A DNA stretch of 64,000 nt from NCBI GenBank assembly GCA_964558645.1, contig CAZLEV010000006.1:1-64000 (forward strand), read 5' to 3'. The position numbers and the translations under genes were made by a program. This DNA comes from an uncultured archaeon. GTDB taxonomy: Archaea; Asgardarchaeota; Thorarchaeia; Thorarchaeales; Thorarchaeaceae. Under the pieces are notes generated by a model. It was not told the DNA's origin and did not search any database. It saw only the letters and a list, made by a program, of their open reading frames with translations. Shown here piece by piece: positions 18,788 through 28,927 of this stretch. The first letter of the stretch is position 1; the number at the start of each line of letters is the position of its first letter.

Positions 18788-19225
18788 TCAGGCATTAGTT
18801 TTCATTCTCTTCGAAAGCATCTCACTGACTAGTTCGTCCGCCAATGAGGACACTGTGGCTATATCTTCTGAGGATGCATGTTCTAAGTGGATGCCAAGCA
18901 TCAGTATGACTGTGCATCGCATCTCTCTGCAGATGCGCTCAGCAAGGGGGCTCGAGAGAACATACTCCTTATGACCGGGAACAGAAATTGTGCTCACGCT
19001 CACGGTCGGTACTCTTCGATACTCGCTCTCCGAGATCGTTGCAACAGAGACACCACCAACATGGGCAGTGTCACCCCCATAGACTGTGGTCACTAAGGCC
19101 TCTCCAATCCATCTCGCCTCCAGCGTAATCGTTCGGCTTCGATATTCCCGTTCAAGCTTCACCGCATTAGCCTCACAGCGAACACACGGCAGACACACAA
19201 TGGAGTAATCACTGCCGTCACTCAT
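18788..19225 (-). CDS. LpdD/PAC4-like small protein
   Basis: GG..HVGGV, PGHKE, GIHLEHAS motifs. Confidence 0.6.
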   Translation of the reverse strand: MSDGSDYSIVCLPCVRCEANAVKLEREYRSRTITLEARWIGEALVTTVYGGDTAHVGGVSVATISESEYRRVPTVSVSTISVPGHKEYVLSSPLAERICREMRCTVILMLGIHLEHASSEDIATVSSLADELVSEMLSKRMKTNA

Positions 19226-20778
19226 TCTCTGCTTTGGTCACTTTTCTCTCTATGCATCCTCCATGAGAGGGTAAGCGTCTTGGGGTGCGCAGCCTTGTAC
19301 TCGTCTAGAAGCGAAATAGCGGTCGTATAGGGCGCTTCCTTTATTATGTCTGGTTCTTCATAGGCCTCTCTCGAAATCTCCTTGAGAGCGTGAATGAAGT
19401 GGTCGAGCTCCTCCTTGGTCTCACTCTCCGTTGGCTCAATCATAAGAGCCTCGGGAACTATGAGAGGAAAATACACAGTGGGAGCGTGAACCCCAAAATC
19501 GAGAAGGCGTTTCACAACGTTCATCGCGGTGATACCGGTGTCTTCTTTGAGCTTCTCAGCAGAGATTACACATTCATGCATCCTTGGTGCATCTTGGGAG
19601 TAGGGAAGAGTGAATCCCTTGATTCGGCTCACATGCCTCGCAATGTAGTTCGCGTTGAGGACCGCTGCCTCAGATGATCTTATCAGCCCTTCACCACCAA
19701 GAGCATAGATGTAGGCATATGCTTTCAGGAGGACACCGAAGTTTCCATAGAATCCATGGACCTTACCAATAGACTTGGGATAGTCATAGTCTAGGGCAAA
19801 GACTCCATCCTTGCTCTTGATGACACGAGGAACTGGAAGGAATTCTGCAAGATTGCTTCTTACACCGACCGGACCAGCCCCAGGACCGCCGCCACCATGC
19901 GGTGTCGAGAATGTCTTGTGAAGGTTCATATGAACCACATCGAAGCCCATATCGCCTGGGCGAACTATGCCCAGTATGGCGTTGAGATTTGCACCGTCAT
20001 AGTAGACAAGCCCTCCAGATTCATGAACCAAATCTGTAATCTCCTCTATGTCTTTCTCGAAGACACCGATTGTGTTGGGATTTGTCAGCATCAGTCCTGC
20101 AGTGCTAGAACCTACGGCCTCTTTCAACGCATCTATGTCAACAAGACCCTCATCGCTCGATGGTAGCACTACGACATCATAGCCGGCCATTGCCGCTGAT
20201 GCAGGATTCGTGCCGTGAGCGGAATCAGGAATCAGCATCTCTGTTCGTTGCTCGCACTCGCCGGTTACGCACCGATGATACTCTCGCATGACCATTACGC
20301 CCGTATACTCACCTTGGGCACCAGCTGCTGGCTGAAGCGTCACTGCATCCATACCGCTTATTTCGGCGAGCCAATGTTCGAGCTCCCAGAGCATTTCGAG
20401 AGCACCCTGAGCAGTCGTCGGATCTTGATCTGGATGAAGACCGGCGAATCCATTCAACGATACAGCCTCTTCATTGATGATTGGATTGTACTTCATGGTG
20501 CAGCTTCCCAGAGGATATGTACCAAGATTGATCGCGAAGTTCATCTGTGATAGTCTCGTGAAGTGCCTCACAACTTGCAGTTCAGAGACTTGAGGTAACA
20601 TCGGTCTCTGTTTTCTGATAAGATCCTCGGGCAGAAAGGAGTCGAGACTGCCGACTTGTTCTCTCACTTCTCGTTCCAGTGGGGGAAATATGTGACCGAC
20701 TCTGCCGGTCTTTGTTCGCTGGAATATGAGGGGTTCATTCCATCTGGCCTGTTGATACACTCTTGATGTGTCTTTCAC
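19222..20778 (-). CDS. gcvPB: Glycine dehydrogenase (decarboxylating) subunit 2
   Basis: PLGSCTMKYNP, SAHGTNPASA, NLHKTFSTPHGGGGPG. Confidence 0.96.
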   Translation of the reverse strand: MKDTSRVYQQARWNEPLIFQRTKTGRVGHIFPPLEREVREQVGSLDSFLPEDLIRKQRPMLPQVSELQVVRHFTRLSQMNFAINLGTYPLGSCTMKYNPIINEEAVSLNGFAGLHPDQDPTTAQGALEMLWELEHWLAEISGMDAVTLQPAAGAQGEYTGVMVMREYHRCVTGECEQRTEMLIPDSAHGTNPASAAMAGYDVVVLPSSDEGLVDIDALKEAVGSSTAGLMLTNPNTIGVFEKDIEEITDLVHESGGLVYYDGANLNAILGIVRPGDMGFDVVHMNLHKTFSTPHGGGGPGAGPVGVRSNLAEFLPVPRVIKSKDGVFALDYDYPKSIGKVHGFYGNFGVLLKAYAYIYALGGEGLIRSSEAAVLNANYIARHVSRIKGFTLPYSQDAPRMHECVISAEKLKEDTGITAMNVVKRLLDFGVHAPTVYFPLIVPEALMIEPTESETKEELDHFIHALKEISREAYEEPDIIKEAPYTTAISLLDEYKAAHPKTLTLSWRMHREKSDQSRE

Positions 20779-22178
20779 TACTTGGCACCCCCCTTACCTA
20801 CAGCATCACCAAGAACATCAACAAGCCTGTCGATTGATTCCTTGTTATGCAACTCGGTCATGCAGAGCAGCATAGCTTCTCCGAGCTCAGGGAATGTATC
20901 TGTGAGTATTCGTCCCCCGTGAAGTTCTTCCTCAAGAAGATACTCATGCACATCTGCGGCAGAGGCTTCATCGAATTTCACCACAAACTCTTTCCATATG
21001 TGCGATCCAAGAGCTGGAGCAGTGATTGATTCAATCATCTCCAGTTTTTGCACAGCATACCTTGAATAGTAGGCAATCCTCTCACCAACCTCACGAATGC
21101 CACTCGCACCAAGTGTGGATAGATAGACTGCCGCAGTCACCGCGAGTAGCGCCTGATTAGAGCAGATATTGCTTGTTGCCTTCTCACGCCGAATGTGCTG
21201 CTCACGAGGGCTCAGGGTGAGAACGTAACCACGTTCATGCGGCTCTTTCTCTGTTGTTGTCATTCCCACAAGACGCCCGGGCATCTGATAGAGAAGCCGA
21301 CGGTCCATTCTACAGCCGAATACTCCTAGGAGTGGGCCGCCATAAGACATTGAGGCACCGAGAGATTGACCTTCAGCCACCACTATGTCCGCGCCATAGT
21401 CCCCTGGGGGTCGCAGGATACCAAGCGAAAGGATATCCACTCCTGCAACCAACAGGGCATCGGATGCATGGACCAAGTCATCGATCTCATCCAGGGACCG
21501 TTCGAGGACTCCGAAATAGTTCGGGTTCTGGATGTATACCCCCGCCACACTGTCATCAAGCTTTGACTTCAAATCTGAGAGGTCCAATTGCCCCGTGACC
21601 ATCTCGTAGTCTACTTGGAGGACCTCTATACCTGCGGGTTCAGCATAGGTTTGGATAACTTCCAGATAGCTTGGGTTCATTGCCCTTGGTACCAAAAACT
21701 TGTGACGCCTCTTTCTGACGCGGCTGGTCATCAAGACTGCTTCAGCAAGAGAACTTGCCATGTCATACATACTACTGTTGACGACATCGATTTCAAGAAG
21801 TTCGGCCAACAGACTCTGGTACTCAAACAAGACCTGAAGCATGCCCTGACTGATCTCGGGTTGATAGCTCGTGTAGGAAGTCACAAACTCGGAACGGCCA
21901 GCAAGGGCTTTTACAGCGGCAGGAATGTAATGGGGCTCAACACCGGACCCCAGAAACGCGCGTCCGTCATTCATTGGACGATTTCGTGCCGCCAGCTCTT
22001 GGAGGCGCCTGATAACATCAAGCTCACCATGGGGAACAGGAAGATCAAGTTTTCGTTTGAGCGTGAACTTGGAGGGGATGTCCCTGAAGAGGGCATCGAT
22101 CGAGATCTCACCTATCGAATCAAGCATCTCTTCTTCTGTGTCGTTGGTAAGGGGAATATACGAGTGTTTTAGATCCAT
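20778..22178 (-). CDS. gcvPA: Glycine dehydrogenase (decarboxylating) subunit 1
   Basis: YTSYQPEISQG, REQHIRREKATSNICSNQ. Confidence 0.96.
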   Translation of the reverse strand: MDLKHSYIPLTNDTEEEMLDSIGEISIDALFRDIPSKFTLKRKLDLPVPHGELDVIRRLQELAARNRPMNDGRAFLGSGVEPHYIPAAVKALAGRSEFVTSYTSYQPEISQGMLQVLFEYQSLLAELLEIDVVNSSMYDMASSLAEAVLMTSRVRKRRHKFLVPRAMNPSYLEVIQTYAEPAGIEVLQVDYEMVTGQLDLSDLKSKLDDSVAGVYIQNPNYFGVLERSLDEIDDLVHASDALLVAGVDILSLGILRPPGDYGADIVVAEGQSLGASMSYGGPLLGVFGCRMDRRLLYQMPGRLVGMTTTEKEPHERGYVLTLSPREQHIRREKATSNICSNQALLAVTAAVYLSTLGASGIREVGERIAYYSRYAVQKLEMIESITAPALGSHIWKEFVVKFDEASAADVHEYLLEEELHGGRILTDTFPELGEAMLLCMTELHNKESIDRLVDVLGDAVGKGGAK

Positions 22179-22309
22179 TGTGAGTATCACCAGAGTATCG
22201 TGGTCAGAGCCCATGCAAAAGGGCAAATAGCCTTTCGCCTTAAGGTCGGCCAGAATCATTTTTAAATTGGCACATATCCAAAACAATCAAGACCATAGGA
22301 GGTCTTGGT

Positions 22310-22630
22310 TTGAAACCATGGCTCATGGACATCCTCGCCTGCCCCATTCCCGACTGTAGAAGTGAACTTGAACTTCAGGTATACAGGTCACACATGGTCA
22401 AGGGAGTTGATGAAGAGGTTCAAGAGATTGACGCTGCTCTCATTGTGTGTCCGAGATGTGGTCGCTGGTATCCTGTGATTGAGGGGATACCGTGCATGCT
22501 TCCAGATGACCTTCGGAGTAGCGGGAAACAGAGAATCGAGGAAAGTAGATTCCTAGAAACGTGGAAGGAAAGGATTCCTGATACTATTTTGCAGGAGGGG
22601 AAGCCCTTTGGACTCAGACCCAAAGGCTGA
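22310..22630 (+). CDS. Trm112 family methyltransferase activator
   Basis: MKPWLMDILACP...CPRCGRWYPVIEGIPCML. Confidence 0.85.
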   Translation: MKPWLMDILACPIPDCRSELELQVYRSHMVKGVDEEVQEIDAALIVCPRCGRWYPVIEGIPCMLPDDLRSSGKQRIEESRFLETWKERIPDTILQEGKPFGLRPKG

Positions 22631-22658
22631 TATTCCTAACAAGACTGGGGATTTCCAA

Positions 22659-22734
22659 AGCCCCGTGGTGTAGCGGTCCAGCATGGCGGGTTTTGGCCTC
22701 GCCGACCCAGGTTCAAATCCTGGCGGGGCTACCA
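22659..22734 (+). tRNA. tRNA-Gln(TTG)
   Basis: AGCCCCG/CGGGGCT acceptor with A1-U72, anticodon loop TTTTGGC, CCA. Confidence 0.93.
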
Positions 22735-23633
22735 TTCTGTTTTTCCACTTCCGTGATGCTCAATGCATCACCAGTTTCAGGAGCCTGAGCCTTGAAGAGA
22801 CGCTTCACCTTCGAGAGAACCAATCTATCACCGTTGACAAGTATGACGATAGTCACATGCTCAGCAAGCCCTGAAGTGGACAACTTCTTCTCTAGTACAG
22901 CCTGAACCTGGAACACACCTGCGGGATTATCCATGGCTACGGTGATGCGGAGGGGGGCTTCCGTACCCTTCTCAAGAAGGACGTCCTCGATGGCAAGTGC
23001 ACTCACGGAGTGAATATCGACCTTACCCTTCTGATAGGGGATGACGGTCCGACCCTTGGTCATGTCGCATCCATCCCCAATCTTCGTGACTCCCGCCTCA
23101 AAAGTCAGACATTGGGTATCATCATCGTGGGAGTAGATTCCATGTAAAGTAAAGGACAGAATGTCTGTCGCCTTTGCAGGGTCATCGTATATCTCCTCTA
23201 GTTTTGACTCCAAAACAGGTCGTGCTAGCTGGAGAGTCGCCTGTGCATGTTCGTTGCGGTGTACGACCATCCCTATATCGTGCAGATACGTCGCGGCGAG
23301 TACAATCAGTCTTGCATCATCCATGTCACCTATACCTTCAGCAACAACATTTGGTAGGAAGGTCTGAGTCAGGATATCGAACGCTTTCAGTGCATTCCAC
23401 GTGGCAACTTCGGCATGCGTTCTTCCGTGATCTGTATAGCCTAGCCGAGATACGGCCATTCGGTTAGCAGTTCGGAGATAAGATTGCACTTTCGGCGAAC
23501 TGCTCAGATAGCGATACATATCCAGAGATCTCGTTCCCTGCTCTAGGAGATTCTCAACTTCGATGTCTTCTCTCACAAGACTCCTCGTACTATTCATATC
23601 TAACACCAGAGGGACTGAGAACCTCGCTGTCAC
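22713..23633 (-). CDS. HD-domain phosphohydrolase (COG3294-like)
   Basis: LGYTDHG..H, YLHDIG, DIHSVSA; stop codon lies inside tRNA-Gln on the opposite strand. Confidence 0.88.
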   Translation of the reverse strand: MTARFSVPLVLDMNSTRSLVREDIEVENLLEQGTRSLDMYRYLSSSPKVQSYLRTANRMAVSRLGYTDHGRTHAEVATWNALKAFDILTQTFLPNVVAEGIGDMDDARLIVLAATYLHDIGMVVHRNEHAQATLQLARPVLESKLEEIYDDPAKATDILSFTLHGIYSHDDDTQCLTFEAGVTKIGDGCDMTKGRTVIPYQKGKVDIHSVSALAIEDVLLEKGTEAPLRITVAMDNPAGVFQVQAVLEKKLSTSGLAEHVTIVILVNGDRLVLSKVKRLFKAQAPETGDALSITEVEKQNGSPARI

Positions 23634-23667
23634 TAGAGATAAGCATTCCTGCGTGGCAATAGCGGTC

Positions 23668-26619
23668 CTAGACCTCTCCTGCTTCCTCCTGCAGCGAGAG
23701 AAGAATCCTATCTGTGGTAGATATTGCCTGTTTGATGGTCTTGAGGTAGTCCTGACGAGACCTCTCGAATGCCGCCCGACTTATTTTCTGCTTCTTTTTC
23801 CGGAGAAGAAGCTGCCGAAGACCAGCTTTGGCACCTGCAATTCTTTCCTCTTGGAGCTCCAGCTGTGAAACAATGTCGCGATACTTTGAGCCTTCAGAAA
23901 TCATCTCTTGCTTAAGGTCTGCTAGCTCGTTATCTACCTCGTCCAATTGTGATTTGATGTCACGCTCTCGAATCATGAATTCTTTCTTGGTCACCTTACC
24001 TCGTTTTCTGGCAGACTCAAGTTTCTCAAGGTCAAGACCAAGGGTTGTCTTCCGGGAGTAGCTGGACGCGAAATCACGTAGGAGCTCAGGTGAAGCACCA
24101 ACCTGCCGACTGGGACTTGTCATCTCATCTTCTCCGGCAACAACTTCTCCGACTGTACGGCGTTTCATACCTCTGTAGGCAACATACATCAGTGCAACAA
24201 CGCCAAAGATGAAACCGAATGCAGTTGGTCGGGCTAGAGTACCAGGCGTTGCCACATATGCAAGAGATATCGCAGGAGGGTTGAACCGAGTCGAATTGTA
24301 GACGGTATATCTAAGAGTTGAATGGGAAGCACCATGAAGTAGTCTATAATCACCAGACGCTTCAGTCACTCCAACAGAAAGGGGCAGGACAATGTCAATT
24401 GTGTGTCTCTCGACATTGATCTCGCTAAGTGTGGTCATGGGAAATTCGACCGTATTGCCTGCACTACCGGACTCCTGATAGCTTGGCAGATGGATGGTGT
24501 AGTGAACATTGAATGTGTATTTGTATCCCGGCCAAAACCCTTGTTCTCCGAACCGGTCCCTCTGGAGGTTTACTCTTTGGTCCATTGTGGCATTCCAGTC
24601 CCAAGTTTTGGGCTGCGAAGCTGCGAGGATGCCTACTCTATCAAATATCTCCACATCCGACATATAGGCGGGGAAGTTCATGGTTACACCCAGCTCTCTT
24701 GCAGGCCCGATATTCTCCAGACTGATTGTTTCTTCGTAATGCAACCAGCCCCAGGGATCCAGGGTTATCCGCGTCGTTCGGGTTGCAACAAGATAGGGTG
24801 TGAACGACCTGATGGTTATGGTGAAAGGTTCTACTGTCATAGGGGCGATGTTTTGCGTACTTCCTTCAATATTCTCACTATCGAGAGAATCACCGCTTCT
24901 GAAGCCGAAGGAGAATGAAAGGGACTGAATCACGTAGGGGACCACTGGATACCTCAGATAGGAGATATCAAACAGGTTGTTCTCAAAGCTCTTTTCCACA
25001 TGAAGTGAGTGGAAATAGGTGACCACTGTGAATGTATAACTCTCTCCAAGATCTACAGGCTCAAAGAAATACACACGCCAGTGCATCATTGTGCTGGTAT
25101 CAGCAAGCCGTTTTACTTCCAGTTGGTGGTTTGCATTGTCTTCGGCCTCAATGGAGAGATAGTTCGCTTTGAATCGGAGAGGGATGTAGAGTTCTAGTGC
25201 ACCGATAGGAACGGATCTTGTGTTCTGCACTGTGAACTTATCAGCGGTCTTGTCTGTGTGATACATCATTGTTGTGAACGTACGAGCCACACTCAACCTC
25301 ATGCCGGCCAGCGGGACAACAGGGTTCCCCACGGTGATATTGATCATCGTGATACTTGTCAGGTTTGATGGATCAGTTGCATTGAAATAGATTGTTTTTA
25401 GACCATCGTCGAAATCAGAAATATCTACTTCTGTCGTCCAAAAGCCGGTCTTGAAGCTGTATCTGAGGGATGTCCAGTTTGTGTCTTCGAAACGATATCC
25501 CGCAGTCCGAATAATAGACTTGTCAGTGGCCTTCAGCTGGACGAACAAGGTCCATTCAACAATCGCATCGGCCGTTGGTGATATCACTTCCAGTTGAGGT
25601 GCGTCATTTGGCTCCATTGCTACCATGAAGGGGGCTGACCAGTCAGTATGCTGAACAGGTAACTCGTCGAAATCATCACTGGGGCCAGCCATCAGAACAA
25701 AAGGATAGACAACATCAGTTCCGTTGAGTAGCGCTATGCCCTCAGCATCTGTGCTGTTCATCCGAATGTGATACTCCAGCTGGGTGGTGGATCCATCATC
25801 GGTAGCATTGGCGGAGATGATTCGACTTTGGTTTGCATAAGGTGTATGTCTTAGTGTACTGATTCCATGTCGATAGCTATATGAGATGGCGCTCGACTCA
25901 GCAGGGTTCTTGAAGTTGTCATCAATTCTGGTCAACGTAATCACATACTCCAAGTCCTCGCCGTAGAGAGGATGATCTGGAGATGTGTAGCCCTCCTCAG
26001 CAGGTATGATGAAATGCCTTGTCTCGCCGATTCTCATGCCATATATCTGCTCTTTGTATGCCTCAAGAAGCCCCTCATTCTGAATCTCTGTAACGGAGTC
26101 ATTACCAGGAACATATCCTTCCTGTTCAACAGTTCCGTTTCTGAAAGACAGTACGTAATGGACTGTGACCGAATCGGTCGGCTGGACGCGTTGCACTGGT
26201 TCGTATGCACCGGCTGGTGAGGACCCAATGATGACATCGCTGTTGTTCAGACCATCCAACGTATAGGTTCCATTAACATCTTTCCAGCTTAGACCAATCC
26301 ATCCAGTTGTCTGTGCTTTCAAACCAACGTACATGACAGTGGAGTTATGTTCGAGATAGACGGTGATGCCAGTGGACGGGTCAGTATAGTTGAATGAGTA
26401 TTCATATGGATCAACAATGCCATCTGCAAGCCCATAATGCTTGTCAACGTAGGGAATAGATAGGTTGCATACTGTCTGAGCAATTGAGTTGTCAGATTCA
26501 TACGCGTTCACATCTGTGATCTCCAGACTAATGGAGTCAGATAGGCCCACCAAAGCACTGCTCGCAGCGAAAAGCACCAAGAGGGCGATTGTTGTAATCC
26601 GTCTATTCAGATGTTTCAA
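23668..26619 (-). CDS. Ribophorin I (OST1)-like protein fused to DOMON, FKBP and Ig-like domains
   Basis: Signal peptide; GWIGLSW/DVIIG (DOMON); VTVHY...GMRIGETRHFIIPAEEGY (FKBP); RITLDPWGWLHYEETISLEN (ribophorin I); TM helix; cytoplasmic coiled coil. Confidence 0.72.
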   Translation of the reverse strand: MKHLNRRITTIALLVLFAASSALVGLSDSISLEITDVNAYESDNSIAQTVCNLSIPYVDKHYGLADGIVDPYEYSFNYTDPSTGITVYLEHNSTVMYVGLKAQTTGWIGLSWKDVNGTYTLDGLNNSDVIIGSSPAGAYEPVQRVQPTDSVTVHYVLSFRNGTVEQEGYVPGNDSVTEIQNEGLLEAYKEQIYGMRIGETRHFIIPAEEGYTSPDHPLYGEDLEYVITLTRIDDNFKNPAESSAISYSYRHGISTLRHTPYANQSRIISANATDDGSTTQLEYHIRMNSTDAEGIALLNGTDVVYPFVLMAGPSDDFDELPVQHTDWSAPFMVAMEPNDAPQLEVISPTADAIVEWTLFVQLKATDKSIIRTAGYRFEDTNWTSLRYSFKTGFWTTEVDISDFDDGLKTIYFNATDPSNLTSITMINITVGNPVVPLAGMRLSVARTFTTMMYHTDKTADKFTVQNTRSVPIGALELYIPLRFKANYLSIEAEDNANHQLEVKRLADTSTMMHWRVYFFEPVDLGESYTFTVVTYFHSLHVEKSFENNLFDISYLRYPVVPYVIQSLSFSFGFRSGDSLDSENIEGSTQNIAPMTVEPFTITIRSFTPYLVATRTTRITLDPWGWLHYEETISLENIGPARELGVTMNFPAYMSDVEIFDRVGILAASQPKTWDWNATMDQRVNLQRDRFGEQGFWPGYKYTFNVHYTIHLPSYQESGSAGNTVEFPMTTLSEINVERHTIDIVLPLSVGVTEASGDYRLLHGASHSTLRYTVYNSTRFNPPAISLAYVATPGTLARPTAFGFIFGVVALMYVAYRGMKRRTVGEVVAGEDEMTSPSRQVGASPELLRDFASSYSRKTTLGLDLEKLESARKRGKVTKKEFMIRERDIKSQLDEVDNELADLKQEMISEGSKYRDIVSQLELQEERIAGAKAGLRQLLLRKKKQKISRAAFERSRQDYLKTIKQAISTTDRILLSLQEEAGEV

Positions 26620-26828
26620 ATCATATCACCGCAGACTCGATGTACGCCTAGTCAGTGAACGCAATCTTAACTAGACAGCAATCGATGCGGCTCAGATTCG
26701 GGTCAATTATTATAGGTTTCGGAAAGATAAGACTCGTACGCAGGGTAAAAACAGTGTCAGAGGGGGGGCCGCTCCGAAAGGCGTAAAAACACCCATGGTT
26801 TCGAACCCGCAAGAAAGGTTGATCAGCG

Positions 26829-27857
26829 ATGCTTGGCGTGATTCTATCGATTCTGCTCTCGTTTGTGCTGTCAGTCTCCATTCTGCCTGGCACCATACGC
26901 CTGCTTCAAGAGAGGGGAAAGGTTGGTGTGGATGTCCACAAACATGCCAAACCAGAAATCCCGAAAGGGGCAGGTTTTGTGCTTCTCTTCGCAGTAGTCA
27001 CGACGCTTCTGACCTATGTTGGAGTAACAACGTTCACCTCAGATGAGGTGAATAGGGGCATTCTTGCAGCACTGGTGTCGATACTGATGGCAGGCATGGT
27101 TGGGAAGCTGGATGACGATCTTGACTTCAAGAATCGCACAAAGATCATACTGCCTCTTATAGCTTCCATTCCCATGATTGCTATGCAGATAGGTACCAGT
27201 ACAATGGATATACCCTTCATCGGCACAGTCAACCTTGGTGTATTGTATCCCTTGATAGTAGTACCCCTGATGATGACATTCATTATAGATTCCACAAACA
27301 TGTATGGGGGAATGAATGGTCTAGAAACAGGCCTTGCTAGCATAAACGCATCTGCAGTAGTCATGTTTGTCATGATTTCTTCTCTTGTTTCAGGCCAGGG
27401 AATCCCGGAGAACCTGATGGCCTCAGGGGTGCTTACTGGAGCTCTATTGGGTGCCTCTCTTGCCTTCTTCATTTTCAATAGATATCCAGCAAAGACGATT
27501 CCTGGAGATGTGGGCAGGCTGCCACTGGGAGCCGCCATGGGGGCTGCACTCATACTTGGCCACCTGAATCGCCTAGCAGTATTTTTGTACCTGACATACG
27601 GTGTGAACTTTCTCCTGTATCTCTTCTATCGACTGGATGCACGAAGGGATGGCAAAGAATGCGTGAAGTTTGCAGAACCCACTGAGGATGGGACGCTCGA
27701 GGTTGCTGGGCCGTATACTATGTACTGGTTGTTACCCCACTTCTTTGACGGTATCACAGAGCAGAAGAATGTGCGAATACTCTTGCTAATGCAAGCCATC
27801 ATAGCATATGGGGCAGTTCTATTCCTCCTCTTCGGTCCACCATTGACAATTTGGTGA
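26829..27857 (+). CDS. UDP-GlcNAc:polyprenyl-phosphate GlcNAc-1-P transferase (MraY/Alg7/AglH family)
   Basis: GVDVHK..KPEIP, GKLDD, NMYGGMNGLE, FNRYPAK..PGD. Confidence 0.88.
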   Translation: MLGVILSILLSFVLSVSILPGTIRLLQERGKVGVDVHKHAKPEIPKGAGFVLLFAVVTTLLTYVGVTTFTSDEVNRGILAALVSILMAGMVGKLDDDLDFKNRTKIILPLIASIPMIAMQIGTSTMDIPFIGTVNLGVLYPLIVVPLMMTFIIDSTNMYGGMNGLETGLASINASAVVMFVMISSLVSGQGIPENLMASGVLTGALLGASLAFFIFNRYPAKTIPGDVGRLPLGAAMGAALILGHLNRLAVFLYLTYGVNFLLYLFYRLDARRDGKECVKFAEPTEDGTLEVAGPYTMYWLLPHFFDGITEQKNVRILLLMQAIIAYGAVLFLLFGPPLTIW

Positions 27858-27859
27858 TT

Positions 27860-28927
27860 CTAGCCGAGTTTATCCGGAAGATACTTCTCAACAACATAGT
27901 CCAGACCGTGCCTACTGAAGGCCTGCTGTTCAGCCTTCAGTTTCAATTCCTTGAACCTCCTGATGTGTTTCTGAGAGAGATGGTCGCGGTATCTAACATC
28001 GTTGGAAAGCTCGTCAAGTCTCTTCAAATCGTAGTCATTCATGGCTTCAGTAGGTAGTCCATAGTCTTCAATATCATCAGCAGTAACGCCAATCCACGTA
28101 GCATCAGGTACCGTGAGGTCTGTTATGTGGGCAGAATTTGCACTTCCCGATGTAATGACTTTCGCAATATGCATACCCCAAGGGTCTCCATCAGTGAAGA
28201 TGTAAACTGGAAGACCGAGCCTATCATGTATTCTTCTGATGAGTCGTCGGGTCGAACGTGGAGCTTGACCTCCGAGGTGGACAAGCAGGGCATCGAACCG
28301 CTTCCAAGAACGTGTTTCTACCAATCTTGAGAACATGCCTCCCGATTCTACAGCAAGGATGATCTCTGCTTTGCTCTCAATTGGGTCTGAACTCATCAGA
28401 GCAGGGCCAATGGGAAGTCCATCAGGGCTGATGGTCAGGTCAACTTCTCTCCCCTCATATCCGGGGACATTGTATCGCATAGTGACTTCGCCGTATACCG
28501 ACGAGTTCTCTTCGGGGTAGATTCCCATCTCTTCGCGGGATAGACCAACGAGACACTCCAGGTCGGCAATCAGTCTGTCCGATTCGGCTTGATCACTAAA
28601 CTCAACTCCAAATGCCTCACTGGAATAATACAGGTCGCGCAATGAACTTGTCCTCGAGCTTTCTATGAGGCTTCGAGCATAGGATGCCACCCACATCAGC
28701 TGTGCGAAACTCTTGACATGCCGATAATTGCCTGCTGCACGTTGAACTCGGGATTCTCCGAGGACATACTGATTATTCTCCTCGTCAAAGACAATGTTTC
28801 CCGTTCCTCGGTCGGGAATCTCAACAACAGGAAAAGACCCCTGTCTGAGGTCATTCAGTACAGACTTTCCTAGTTTCTGAAGAAGATGTAGCCGTTTTTC
28901 GCGGTCAATCAAGGGCCATCCCTCCAA
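27860..28927 (-). CDS. top6A: DNA topoisomerase VI subunit A
   Basis: LRDLYY catalytic Tyr, TOPRIM AVESGG, DGDPWG, KAEQQA. Confidence 0.95.
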   Translation of the reverse strand: MEGWPLIDREKRLHLLQKLGKSVLNDLRQGSFPVVEIPDRGTGNIVFDEENNQYVLGESRVQRAAGNYRHVKSFAQLMWVASYARSLIESSRTSSLRDLYYSSEAFGVEFSDQAESDRLIADLECLVGLSREEMGIYPEENSSVYGEVTMRYNVPGYEGREVDLTISPDGLPIGPALMSSDPIESKAEIILAVESGGMFSRLVETRSWKRFDALLVHLGGQAPRSTRRLIRRIHDRLGLPVYIFTDGDPWGMHIAKVITSGSANSAHITDLTVPDATWIGVTADDIEDYGLPTEAMNDYDLKRLDELSNDVRYRDHLSQKHIRRFKELKLKAEQQAFSRHGLDYVVEKYLPDKLG

